NCBI GenBank assembly: GCA_964016885.1
Contig: OZ024749.1
Span: 42,904,001 to 42,968,000, forward strand
From: Eledone cirrhosa
Lineage: Eukaryota
DNA length: 64,000 nt
Direction of reading: 5' to 3'
Positions within the stretch are counted from its first letter, which is position 1. Each line of letters begins with the position of its first letter. The position numbers were made by a program, and so were the translations under genes. This document shows, one piece after another, positions 32,092 through 46,138 of this stretch. The notes beneath the pieces are model-generated. The model made no database searches. It was not told the origin of the DNA and saw only the letters and a program-made list of their open reading frames with translations.

Positions 32092-33155
32092 CCTTGTCTT
32101 GTAAATAATTGTTTCTACTTTAGGCACAAGGCCAGCAATTACCTAGTACATTACTGGCACTTTATTTTATCGACCCCGCATGGATGAAAGGCAAAGTTAA
32201 CCTCGGAGGGATTTGAACTCAGATCATAAAGGGACGAAACTATGCTGGAAAGCATGTTCGACCCTCTACCGATACTGGAATTCTAATTCAGGCACAAGAC
32301 CAGCAATTTGTGGGCAGGGGAAATCGATTGTATCGACCAAAGGTCTTCAATGGTACTTTATTTTATCGACCTCGGAAGGGTGAAAGTCCAAGTTGACCTC
32401 GGCGTGATGTGAGCTCAGAACGTAAAGAGTTAGAACAAATACTGCTAAGCATTTGTCCAACATTAATGACTGTTAACCCCCGGCCTTGGCCTTACAAATA
32501 ATCTTTCGCTCTTTTCGCAGAAAGCCAGCAATTTGATGGGAAAGGGAAAGGGAAATTTGATTAAATCAACCCCAGTGTGTTACAGGTACTTTATTGTATC
32601 GACCCGGTAAGGATGAAAGGGAAAGCTAACCGCTGCAGGATTTGAACTCAGAACGTAAAAGTCTCGTAATTATGTACCACAAAGCTTATTGCCCAACGAT
32701 CTACCGATATTGCCAATCCATCGACCTTGGTCTTGCATATAATGGTTTCTGATTTAGGCACAAGGTCAACAAGTTTTGGGGAGGGGAAAGTCGATTAAAT
32801 CGACCCCAGTGCGTGATTGGTACTTTATTTTAATGACCCCGTAAGGATGAAAGGCAAATTTAACCTCGGCGAGATTTGAACTCAGATCATATAGGGCCGT
32901 AACTCTATGCCTCAAAACATGGTGTCCGACGCTTTACCGTTTACTGCCAATCCACCGCCCTTGGTCTTGCAAATAATTGTTTCTATTTTTTGGCACAAGG
33001 CCAGCAAATACCCAGTGCATTACTGGTACTTTATTTTATCGACCCCGTAAGGATGAAAGGCAAAGTTAACCTCGGCGGGATTTGAACTCAGAATGGCAAG
33101 GGCCGTAACTCTACGTGTCAAAGCGTGGCGTCCGACCCTGGTCTTGCAAATAATG
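32092..33155 (-). mobile_element. Array of about five divergent SINE copies
   Basis: Head-to-tail copies separated by a recurring ccttggtcttgcaaataat-like spacer. Confidence 0.85.
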
Positions 33156-33617
33156 AAAATAAATATATCTTCAAGTATCTTCTGGCATTGGAACAAACTC
33201 CGTCTACCCAAAGAAGGGAGAAGACACGCCTGCAGTGAATATTCTAGGTAGGTCTGCTGGGAAAATTAACAGATGCTACTGCCAGATATATGGCAACAGA
33301 AGAGATTCCAAGTACACAGTCTTCAGTTTACATGCGATAATGATGATGATTATGATAGTGATGGTGATGATAGAGATGATGGTGATGGAAATGATTATCA
33401 TCATTATCATTATTATTATTATTATTATTGATATTATTATTATTATCCTTATTAATGTGGTTGTTGCTATTTTAATAGTTTCTCAATTTTGGCACAGTAC
33501 CACGGTTTTGTTTTCGGTGTCTGTGACGGAAGGGGGCGGCGAATTGACAGAGATATTGTAGCGTCAGGTACAACGTCTTGCGGGGTTTTTCCCGGCTTAT
33601 ATACGTTCGTCCAACTC

Positions 33618-33665
<48 letters not shown>

Positions 33666-33700
33666 TACTGCCTCTCTGTTCTGTCCCTGTTCAATTTTTC

Positions 33701-33771
<71 letters not shown>

Positions 33772-33949
33772 ATACTAAATGTGAAGACTAAAAACCGAAG
33801 AGGGCTCGATAAGAATTATATATATATAAAATATATATAAACCCGTAGAGCAAATATTTATTATAAGAACACCCTTAACAGGATCTTCTGAAGATCCTGT
33901 TAAGGGTAAAAGCAGCGATTCTTTGCTTAAACTTTAATCTGATCTTATA

Positions 33950-33989
<40 letters not shown>

Positions 33990-34140
33990 AAGGTCTAGCA
34001 AATATTCTATTTGCTACACCTTGATTTTATATGTTCTGGCTTGTTAATTTATTAACCCGCCATAGAACGACATTGGCATACGGTTGGTTAATACTTGTTT
34101 CCCTATATGTATTTTTTACACGTAGTAATTCATACTTTAT

Positions 34141-34175
<35 letters not shown>

Positions 34176-34942
34176 GGGGACGCATTCACTCTCGCTCATA
34201 CACAAACACACACACATGTATATATATATATATATATATATATACACTCATTACCCTTCACTCTCACAGTGTTAATAAATACTGGATCTATTAAGTACGT
34301 TACAGATGTTCGATATATGGAAATGTAAGATATTCAGTAAACTATTGTAAAAGTAATATTAAGTATTATTAATAATTGTTTCTACTTTAGGCACAAGGCC
34401 AGCAATTGCCAAGTACATTACTGGTACTTTATTTTATCGACCCCGTAAGGATGAAATGCAAAGTTAACCTCGGCGGGATTTGAACTCAAACCGTGAAGAG
34501 ACGTAACTATTCTAGAAAGCATGGCGTCCGACCCTCTACCGATACTGCCAATTCACCGGCCTTAAGTATTATTAATAATATTAAGTATTATTCCACGAAC
34601 ACATGGGAGCTTAACGTAATCCTCACAGGGAAACAAAGTAATAGTGATGTTTGAAGTACAAATTTGGCCCAACTGACGGGATTCCACACAGTTTCCGTCA
34701 ACAAATTGCCACTGACAAGGACTAGGTCCACACAAATATATGGGTTAATGACACGTGTAGCTCAGGGCTTCCAGATTACGAAGACAGTTTCTTAATTATA
34801 CGGCCATGCTGCTTGTTCCCACATTTGTATACACATACTTATATATGATATGTAGCTATACATATATACACCCGTATGTCTATGTGTGTATACACCCACC
34901 CACTCTTGCATACATACAGAAGTTTGTATGTATGTATGTATG

Positions 34943-34969
<27 letters not shown>

Positions 34970-34973
<4 letters not shown>

Positions 34974-36162
34974 CAGGTCACCACTTGGTGCTACTGGTAA
35001 CATGTATCCCAGTACAACCTGTCTCATGGTCGGGTCGTTGGCGACTAAACTGGCAACCCCACTAAGGTTTCTTGGTGAGGAGGGTGACTTTGGACATCCT
35101 GCAGGACTAAAAACAAAACCTGTCAAAGGGCAAAGGAGCTCTTAAGAGTCAATGGCCATCCAAAATCACTGGGAGAGATGACCCCTTAGCCTTTGTCAAG
35201 GCAGAATTCTAGGAGAAGGAAAACTCTGATATAACACCTGCAACCCTGATGGTATCCAATGATGTTGACTTGTTCTTCTTTTTGGTAAATATCATCTTGG
35301 TTAAGAGAGTGGGACTGGCTTTGTGCAGTGCCTTTGCTCACTATAAAAGCTTCACGGCACAGGCATTGCTTTATATCTGGAGATCTCTCTGCACTTGCCG
35401 TCACATGGTACCATGGGCCCAGCACTATGTGTCAATAATTGTCACAAGTGTAGTGTTTGTACCAGAGTTTTCAAGTCGCTGACTGGACTAAAAAGTCACA
35501 CTCGTTCAGCGCATCGGTAGGGGTTCTCCTACATGGATATAAAGTAGTGGCCGTACTCGAAAACGAGTTGGCAGCCACCATGTAACATGTATCCCAGTAC
35601 AACCTGTCTTATGGTCGGGTCGTTGGCGACTAAACTGGCAACCCCACCAAGGTTTCTTGGTGAGGAGGGTGACTTTGGACATCCTGCAGGACTAAAAACA
35701 AAACCTGTCAAAGAGCAAAGGAGCTCTTAAGAGTCAATGGCCATCCAAAATCACCGGGAGAGATGACCCCTTAGCCTTTGTCAAGGCAGAATTCTATGAG
35801 AAGGAAAACTCTAATATAACATCTGTAACCCTGATGGTATCCAATGATGTTGACTTGTTCTTTTTGGTAAATATCATCTTGGTTAAGAGAGTGGGACTGG
35901 CTTTGTGCAGTGCCTTTGCTCACTATAAAAGCTTCACGGCACAGGCATTGCTTTATATCTGGAGATCTCTCTGCACTTGTCGTCACATGGTACCATGGGC
36001 CCAGCACTATGTGTCGATAATTGTCACAAGTGTAGTGTTTGTACCAGAGTTTTCAAGTCGCTGGCTGGATTAAAAAGTCACACTTGTTCAACGCATCGGT
36101 AGGGGTTCTCCTACTTGGATATAAAGTAGTGGCCGTACTCGAAAACGAGTTGGCAGCCACCA
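34970..36162 (+). mobile_element. Tandem dimer of a ~585-bp bipartite (internally deleted) RTE-like element
   Basis: Two diverged units (~34997-35581 and 35582-36162). Each has an RTE-5'-like ggagaaggaaaactctg segment and a terminal C2H2 finger HKCSVCTRVFKSLTGLKSHTRSAHR* (35443-35520; second copy 36025-36102). (TATG)n lies on both sides. Confidence 0.7.
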
Positions 36163-36740
36163 TGTATGTATGTATGTATGTATGTATGTATGTATGTATG
36201 TATGTATGTATGTATGTATGTATGTGTGCATGTTGGTGTGTATGTATGTGTGTATGTGTGAATGTATGTATATGTGTGCATGTATGTATGTGTGTGTGTG
36301 TGGGTGGTTGTATATATGTATGTATATATATGCATATGTGAATTCATGTGTATATGTGTGTATGTATGTATATATGTACATATGTGTTGGTGTATTGTTA
36401 GTGCATGTATGCATGTATGTATGTACGTACGTACGTGTTTATGTGGGTGTATGTATGTGTGTGGGCGTATGTATGTATGTATACATATATTTATGTATGT
36501 ATGTATGTATGTATGTATGTATGTATGTATGTATGTATGTATGTATATATGAGTCTGTGTATGGGTGTATGAGAGAAGCCATGTTTTATTGTCATAGATA
36601 ATGGTATTAAACGGTTTTTATCAACGTTAGTGGGTGTCAAAGTCGTTCTCTAAGATTGAATTAAAATGAATTTTATAGAAATGGTTTCTTCCTAAAGTGA
36701 TCAAAATAAGACGCATGTTCTCTGTCTCAGTCTCCCACGC

Positions 36741-36779
<39 letters not shown>

Positions 36780-36907
36780 CACACACACATATATATCGAT
36801 ATATACATATACCCACTCATGCACACACCTACATGATGATTTCTTCCGAATGAAACAGTTCTAGTCCTGTTGAAGCAATTTCTATATTATATATATATAT
36901 ATATATA

Positions 36908-37000
<93 letters not shown>

Positions 37001-37160
37001 GCGTGTGTGTGTGTGTGTATCTGCGTCCCGAGTTCAATCGGGGGAAACCAAAGTTAGTAAAGTACTCAATACATTAGTATAGTGCAAAAGAAATCATCAG
37101 GAAAGCCCTGATGATTTATTTTTAATGATACAGTTCTTGTTCTCTATTAAACTTCACTAT

Positions 37161-37208
<48 letters not shown>

Positions 37209-38070
37209 TATAGAGAGAGAGACAGAATGTATATGTGTGTGTTTTTATGTGTGTCTGTACTTTCTTTCGTTTCCTCTGATAATAATATATCGATAAACCA
37301 AACACGTTTTTCTTTTATCGTTAGATGGGAATTATATACACGTATTGATTTCCATTCAATGAGTGTTTCAAGGCCAAGTTTGCTATCTAAGGGATTACAC
37401 ATTGCACTGATTAGTATCACCGTATACTTTTGCCTTTCATCCTTACGGGATCGATAAAATAAAGTACCAGTAATGCACTGGGATAATTGCTGGCCTTGTG
37501 CCAAAAGTAGAAACAATTATTACTGGTAGTTCAATTTTCCTCATATATTGTTAATGGAACTTTTTATTACGTATAATATAGCTGGTACTTTCATTGCTCC
37601 GCATAATATTACTGGTACTTCATGTTCAATTTTCTGAAATTCTCTGACAGATTGAATTAATGTGTGAATGCCAAGTAACACTATTAACTCTTTTATCATT
37701 GGACTCGAGATTTCACAAGTATGAAACTTATCTGAATGAAAGCAAATAGGCTGAAGCAGCCATTGGTTCTATATGAAACTATTCGTTCTAACAAGATCGT
37801 ATAACTTTCCGTCATAATTTTAAGTAAGAATCTTTATTACGGTATACACCAAATATCAGCTTAATGACAAGAAAGTTCCTTATATTAACCAAAAGAAAGT
37901 TATATTAACCAATACTTCTAAATTCTTTATTATTTTCAAATTCTTTTGAAATCAGAGGTAGTGTCTTTCATTAGAAATATAGTAATAGCAGATTTAAAAG
38001 GCTTATATTTATCTGAAACTGTAAGAAATCTTGATGAGATGCTCCAGAAATCAGCTTAATAATTAGACAT

Positions 38071-38246
38071 TTAATTATAATTGTTTCTACTTTTGGCACA
38101 AGGCCAGCAATTACCCAGTGCATTACTGGTACTTTATTTTATCGACCCCGTAAAGATGAAAAGCAAAGTCAGCCTTTCATCCTTACGGGGTCGATAAAAT
38201 AAAGTACCAGTAATGCCCTGGTGCATTGCTGGCCTTTAATTATAAT
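38071..38246. mobile_element. Fold-back SINE copy with target-site duplication
   Basis: A minus-strand 3' half is joined to a plus-strand copy of the same segment, with ttaattataat on both sides. Confidence 0.8.
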
Positions 38247-38777
38247 ACAAAATATTTCCTAAATCTTTAACTGTTATTTTTTCAGAATAGTTTCAAAATT
38301 ATTTGAAAATCATAGCCAGTATCTCTCACTAGAAATATGGCAAGGAAATGTTGACGGTCGCTGTACATCATTACAAGTCAGCATTCTAACATTTCTACAC
38401 ATTCCGCCACAGCTGGAGTGTGTTATGACGATGAAGTCACCATCAACAATACCAACAAAGCACATTTGTATATTGAGACTGGAATTCTTTTAATAATAGC
38501 TTAGGGACGACTGAGGTTGTGAAATATTACACGTGCATAGATAAATAGTGTATGTAGATTTATAAGAATCTATTGTATGTATTTAGTATAATGTAAGTAA
38601 TGTAAGTTTGTTCATATGTATGTATGTATATATGTATGTATGTGTGTTTATATACAAAGTATTTACACTCTTACTAAACGAACACAAACACACACACATA
38701 TATATATATATACATACGCATACATTACGTATATACCATTAATATTTGCAGATATATATACATATATATCCATACTC

Positions 38778-38828
<51 letters not shown>

Positions 38829-38909
38829 TATATAGATATATGCATAAATATATATATATGCATACATACATATATGCATACATATAAACATACATATATA
38901 TCAATACCC

Positions 38910-38956
<47 letters not shown>

Positions 38957-39921
38957 TAAATATATATATACATATATGCATACATACATATATGCATACA
39001 TATAAACATACATATATACTTGTATATATGTACAGTTATATGTACTCACATAATACCAAGAAACACACATGTATAATGTTTTACTCAGATAAACTTCTAA
39101 ATACCTATTTCAAATAAAACGTCCTTTTCATGTCTTACTTAAAATATCCGATGTACTTCACAGAGAAGGATAAAGCCAGGGAGAAAGTTTGAAAGACAGA
39201 TAAATTGACCCCACTACACATCTTTTATCGATCCCTTCAATTATAAAGGCCAACATTGACCCCTAGATATATATGTATATCTTTTACTGGTTTTATTCAC
39301 CAGACTGCAGTTATGCTCGGCCACTATCTTCATGCTTCCAGGTAATAATATTGATCATCAGCACTAATCAAAGCCTGGTACTTATTTTATCGATCTAGAT
39401 TTGTCGAATCGTTAAGTTACACAATTTTGAACCAACACCGGTTGCATCTTTTGAAGCGACACCGGTGTGTACTTGATTATAAATACACACACATATTAAC
39501 AGTGGTTATAAATACACACTTATTTATGGTGCTCATACATACATACACAAACACACTCATACATACATACGTACATACGTACACAGACAACACATACACC
39601 TCGATTCATACCTACATACATACACAGCCAACACATACACCTAGATACATACATACATACATACACAGCCAACACATACACCTAGATACATACATACATA
39701 CATACATACATACGTACACAGCCAACACATACAGAGATACATGCATACATACGTACATACATACATACACATAGAAATAGATAGATACATATCTACATAC
39801 GTACATACATATACACAGATAGATATATAAATCCATACTCACATACGTACATACACGCACACATACATACACACACATACATACATATATACACACACAA
39901 ACAGGCATACACAAACACACG

Positions 39922-39954
<33 letters not shown>

Positions 39955-39957
<3 letters not shown>

Positions 39958-40360
39958 AACATACACGCACACACATATATATATACAAACATACACGCAC
40001 ACACATATATATATATACAAACATACACGCACACACATATATATATACAAACATACACGCACACACACATATATATATATACAAACATACACGCACACAC
40101 ATATATATATATATACAAACATACACGCACACACATATATATATATACAAACATACACGCACACATATATATATATATATACAAACATACACGCACACAC
40201 ATATATATATATACAAACATACACGCACACACACATATATATACAAACATACACGCACACACACATATATATATATACAAACATACACGCACACACATAT
40301 ATATATATATACAAACATACACGCACACACATATATATATATATACAAACATACACGAAT
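39955..40360 (+). repeat. ~30-bp minisatellite
   Basis: Repeated tacaaacatacacgcacacacatatata. Confidence 0.9.
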
Positions 40361-40701
40361 ACATATATATATTCATGACGGCATGACGGGCATCTTCTCA
40401 GTCTCCGTCTACCATGTTACACTCAAATGGTATTGATCACCATAGTAAGCGTCTACAGTGGAAGACAGCCGATCAATATGCCTTGGAATAGGATCGAACT
40501 GGAACCACGATCGAGACGCTAGCCTGTAAACCACATGGCTGTGCTGACAATTATGCATAGCACACACAGTCACACATATACATATATATACATGCATGTA
40601 TACACATACATAAAGTAATATTTACACCCTGCTTATACGTATTGAGTACTCGTTCTCTTTCTATATCCGTGCCCGAAGTGGTACGCTATTTTAAACACGA
40701 A

Positions 40702-40759
<58 letters not shown>

Positions 40760-40916
40760 TATATATATATATATATATAAGTATTATATGCATATAGATA
40801 CATATGAATATATGTATATATATATGTATATATATACATATGAATATATGTATATGTATATTTATATATATACATATGAATATATGTATATATATATTAT
40901 ATATATATACATATGA

Positions 40917-40947
<31 letters not shown>

Positions 40948-40978
40948 CATATGAATATATGTATATATATATATATAT

Positions 40979-41174
40979 ATAGGAACCAGTAAGACCCCGA
41001 CAGCTGAGCTCAAGCCGTTTCGACGGCTAATTCTGGACGTCCAGAATTAGCCGTCGAAACGGCTTGAGCTCAGCTGTCGGGGTCTTACTGGTTCCTATTA
41101 CCCACTCTACTACCTCAAGTATTGAGTACTTTGGTGCGTTATGGTCCACCTGGTTCCTTACCACATTTCCTTCG

Positions 41175-41178
<4 letters not shown>
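40979..41178 (+). mobile_element. Family C (TA)n-embedded element: 120-bp palindrome containing the 3' half of an HHR
   Basis: Perfect palindrome centred at 41038/41039. GAAA(41056)-cggc ttgagctca gctg-TC-ggggtc. Relatives lie at 41767-41947, 60348-60483, 19115-19192, 24801-24842 and 50587-50720. Confidence 0.7.
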
Positions 41179-41211
<33 letters not shown>

Positions 41212-41249
41212 TATATGAATATATGTATATATCTAAATATATATATATA

Positions 41250-41426
41250 TATAGATGAGATTCTACAGGACTAGAACTGCTTCATTCTTTAGAAATTATA
41301 TGATGATTTCTAAAGAATGAAACAGTTCTAGTCCTGTAGAATCTCATCTATATTAAAACTTTTATACTCTGCAATGTATTGAGTACCTTACTTACTGTGG
41401 TTACCTCCGATTCAACCCGGAATAAC

Positions 41427-41428
<2 letters not shown>
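41250..41428 (+). mobile_element. Family A HHR element with fold-back at the core
   Basis: aTGATGA tttc taaa gaat GAAA cag ttctagtc ctg TA gaatct, followed by the family A 3' end. The left part is an inverted copy. Further family A pieces lie at 9004-9055, 36834-36885, 37021-37150, 48611-48690 and 52232-52378. Confidence 0.75.
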
Positions 41429-41505
<77 letters not shown>

Positions 41506-41553
41506 TAAAAATAACAGGAGTCTGGACTGGTGAAAATCCTTGAAAGGTTTATT

Positions 41554-41612
41554 ATACTATGATTTATTTCAATGACCGGGTTCCATATGAACCCGGTGAT
41601 ATCATCAGGTAT
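41554..41612 (-). ncRNA. Type I hammerhead ribozyme motif (single-copy family here)
   Basis: atac-CTGATGA-tatc accgggttc atatg gaacccggt catt-GAAA-t aaatc a-TA-gtat, inside a (TA)n-flanked island at 41502-41750. Confidence 0.7.
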
Positions 41613-42245
41613 TTGAAAAATATAACAAAGGAATATGTAAAAACCATGGGGCCGAAAAATCAGAGACAGAGTACTCTCCACAATATTACACCAAGATTGA
41701 CCATACGGAATGACCAAATCTATCCAGTGGTGAACCAACAAACCTAAAGATATATATATATATATAACGAAGGAAATGTGGTAAGGAACCAGGTGGACCA
41801 TAACGCACCAAAGTACTCAATACTTGAGGTAGTAGAGTGGGTAATAGGAACCAGTAAGACCCCGACAGCTGAGCTCAAGCCGTTTCGACGGCTAATTCAC
41901 CGTCGAAACGGCTTGAGCTCAGCTGTCGGGGTCTTACTGGTTCCTATATATATATATATATATATATATGAATATTACATGTATATATATACATTTATAT
42001 ATATATATACATGTGTGCGTGTGTGTTTGTGTATGAATATATATATATATGTGTGTGTGTGTGTATGTATATGTGTATATGTGTGTGTGTGTGTATGTGT
42101 ATGTATATGTGTATATGTGTGTGTGTGTGTGTATGTGTATGTATATGTGTATATGTGTGTGTGTGTATGTGTATGTATATGTGTATATGTGTGTGTGTTT
42201 GTGTATGAATATATATATATATGTGTGTGTATGTATATGTGTATA

Positions 42246-42278
<33 letters not shown>

Positions 42279-42713
42279 GGGTGTGGGTGTGTGTATGTAT
42301 ATGTGTATATGTGTGTGTGTGTGTGTATGTGTATGTATATGTGTATATGTGTGTGTGTGTGTGTATATGTGTATGTGTGGGTGTGGGTGTGTGTATGTAT
42401 ATGTGTATATGTGTGTGTGTGTGTGTGTATGTGTATGTATATGTGTATATGTGTGGGTGTGAAATTGTTCCGTTTTTGGTATGGATGTAGGGAACCACGT
42501 TATGTAAAGTTTAAGGTTTAGCTACTGGGTTAGGGCTTATGGTTCTAATTAAACCCGAATCTGTGAAATCCCTTTTCCCCTTCCACCCCAGCAATACAGG
42601 GAAGGCGACTAACATAGATATCAATAAATAAATAACAATAAAAATAAACAACAATAAAATAAGTATAAAAACTTTCAAAATATACAAAAATGATTAATTA
42701 AAGGTAGGCTTAC

Positions 42714-42789
42714 CTTTCTTTCCGAATGTGACAGGAGGTAATAGGACCATTTGTAGCGTGATTAATACCACTGAATTAAGGGGATACAT
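42714..42789 (-). CDS. Probable first coding exon (signal peptide) of a secreted or membrane protein; phase-1 intron follows
   Basis: The minus strand reads aaaatcATG, then MYPLNSVVLITLQMVLLPPVTFGKK plus 1 nt (76 nt), then a consensus donor AG|GTAAGC. It is hydrophobic, unique sequence in a repeat-rich region. No second exon was identified in the window. Confidence 0.6.
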
Positions 42790-42925
42790 GATTTTTGGTG
42801 TCGTATAAAATTCTTTGAAATTTTTTCCTTTATGTATATATATATATATATGTATATATATATCTATATTTTTTCTTTTAAATATATACTTTTTGTAAAT
42901 ATATATTTTGAGATAGAAAGAAAGA

Positions 42926-42968
<43 letters not shown>

Positions 42969-43463
42969 ACTGATTACATGTATGTTTAGAATATAAGTGT
43001 GTATATATGTGAGTATATATATATTTATATGTATATGTATATATATATATATATACACAAGTGTATTTATATGTGTGTCTATATTTATGCGAAAATAATA
43101 TATCTTCCTTTATTTATATAGATTATATATATTGTAACTTTCAACTAACTATACCAATTCCCTACAAGGAGATTAACAACGAATGATAACAATAATAATA
43201 TTAATAATAATAACAAGAATATGACAACAATGAAAATAATAATATTAATAAATTTTCTAATAATATTAACAATAACAATAAAAATTAATTAATGATAGTA
43301 ATTACGTGTCCTTATAGTTGTAATTATTAGAATTTATTTATATATATATATATATATTTATATGTGTATGTATTGTGTTTTGTTATAAATATTAAAAGTA
43401 ATAAACTATATATATATATATATATATATATGAATGTATATATATGAATGTATATATATATAT

Positions 43464-43556
<93 letters not shown>

Positions 43557-43559
43557 AAA

Positions 43560-45148
43560 AAAACCCAGCAAACAAACAATTATATATATATATATATAAT
43601 TTTTTTTTTACAGGTAAAAAAAAAATTGAAAAAGTGAAAGTGTTTTGTTGTTTGTTTGTTTGAAAAAGAATCGGAATAAAACTTTATCCTAGAAAGAAGA
43701 AGACAAATTAAGGGTAAAGAAAAAAAAAAAGGTAAAAACGTGGTGTAAAATCTCGGAGTGGTTGTAAGCTCCGTCCTTTTCCTTGTTGTTGTAATGAATA
43801 AATCTCCCAGAAACGGTTCAAGTGAAGACACACAACAAAAAAATAATAACAGAGGCAAAATAGGAAAAAGAAGAACGAAAAAGAAAAAGAGCAAACTTGT
43901 ACATACACACACACGTTAACACACTAACACTAACAACAACACAGACAGTGACACAAAGTGTCACTCAAATACACACACACTCTCTCTCTTTCTCACTCTG
44001 TTTCTCTCTCTCTCTCTCTCGTTCGTTCGCTCTCGCACACACTCACACTCACCACTCGGTACTCGCACCACGCTCTTTCTTTCTAGCTCTCTAGCTATCA
44101 CTCTTTCACTCCGCTGTTCTCTGTATCTCGCTATCTCTTCTTTCCTTCTCTTTCCCTCTCAAGCTAGCTAGCTAATTCTCTATCTTTCTCAGTCTCTCTC
44201 TATCAAGCTAGCTAATTCTCTCTCTCTCTCTCTCTCTCACTCTCTCTCAAGCTAGCCAGTTAATTCTCCCCCTCTCTCTGTCTCTATCTCTAGTCTCTTC
44301 ACTATTTTCTCCAAGTACTATCCTCCAGTGTAGGTTTATTCACGTTTAACTGGCGAACCATACCCTGCGTTTGAAATTTCATTCATGCACGCCGCACACC
44401 ACACGTCACACGCCACACACCAACACACACACACACACCACACTCATACACGCACACACACCCACACAATCACTCTCTCACTTACATAACCACACACGCA
44501 CACACACACACACACACAAACACACTAGTGCACTCCACTTTAAATCCACCTCAAATCCACCGAATACTCCGAAACAAAGTCACTTGCAAACAACTTATTT
44601 GGTGTGTAAAGAAAACAACAACAACAAAAAAAACAAAAACAAAAACAAAAACAAAAAAAAAAGAACGAAAGATAAAAAAAAAAAAAGACAAGCACAACAC
44701 TCCACTAAAGCTGCTCCACCGATTCAGAGTTAGTATGCTCAAAGTTGCCGTTATTCATTTAGATTATCAGTATTATTATTATCATTATTATCATTATTAT
44801 TACTTCAAATGTTTTTTTTTTTCTTCTGCTACTGCTGATGATGATGCTACCGAGATACCGATGATGCTGTTGTTAATGTTGTGGCGTATATTTACTCTGC
44901 TGATGTTGTTGTTATTGTTGTTATTGTTGTTATTGTTGTTGTTATTGTAGTTACAGCTGTTGTCCTGGTATCAGCTAGTCCAACTTGTAACAACACTACC
45001 GGTATGTGCCATGTATAAGTAAGTCTGTGTATAGGTTGGCTTCGAAGTATCAATCTATTAGTCGTGTTGTGTGCAGCATGTATGGACGGTGCAGCTGCAT
45101 GGGTGTAAGTGTTCGGTTTTACATTACATTCGTGCACACATACAGATT

Positions 45149-45200
<52 letters not shown>

Positions 45201-45314
45201 AGAGTGCGTGCGTGCGTGCGGTGTTTGGGCGTGTACCTCAGTGCGCGTCTTTCCAGCAGGTATGTACGTATGATTGTTGTGCTCTTGTGCGATCTCATAC
45301 AAACGTCCGTAGGT

Positions 45315-45369
<55 letters not shown>

Positions 45370-45450
45370 TGCGCGCGCGCGCGTGTGTAAGTCTCGGAGA
45401 ATTTGCTGGGATATACCTATGCACCTAGATACACACATATACAAAAGATA
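43560..45450 (-). promoter_or_regulatory. Putative 5' UTR/promoter region of the minus-strand gene
   Basis: Lies upstream of the exon and is free of the SINE. It is relatively CpG-rich, with GA/CT and CA tracts between unique islands. An Inr-like CCAGTT is on the minus strand near 44348-44353. The TSS cannot be determined. Confidence 0.3.
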
Positions 45451-45465
45451 TGCAAATATACATAC

Positions 45466-45503
<38 letters not shown>

Positions 45504-45518
45504 AATAACAGGAGGCTG

Positions 45519-45555
<37 letters not shown>

Positions 45556-45570
45556 AATAACAGGAGGCTG

Positions 45571-45618
<48 letters not shown>

Positions 45619-45706
45619 AATATATATATATATATAAGAATGTTTTATGTACACGTATATATTATTACGGGTTCCATTTATTGATATGTATACTTGGATG
45701 AACTTG

Positions 45707-45795
<89 letters not shown>

Positions 45796-46086
45796 ATATA
45801 TCTATATATATATATCTATATATCTATATCTATATATATATATTTGTAATGGGTATGTTTCAATATAGATATGTAATATTAGTGTAATTTACGGATGCAC
45901 ACGCCGCGCCGCTGTGTGTGGAAATCAGGTAAATAGTAACCAGGCGCGCGTGTGTGTGTGCGTGTATGCAAACTTGTTCGGTCTTGCTTCGAAGTATAAA
46001 TGCTATATGAAGACATACATGCTTACAAATACACACAAACACACACATACGAACACACACACATATATATACATATGTGCGTGTGT

Positions 46087-46138
<52 letters not shown>

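Noticed and set aside
34975-35060. Possible HDV-like ribozyme at the 5' end of the bipartite RTE element (ccagt/actgg, gtcg/cgac, CUAA)
   Set aside because: Could not assign P1 and P3 consistently by eye; needs a descriptor search.
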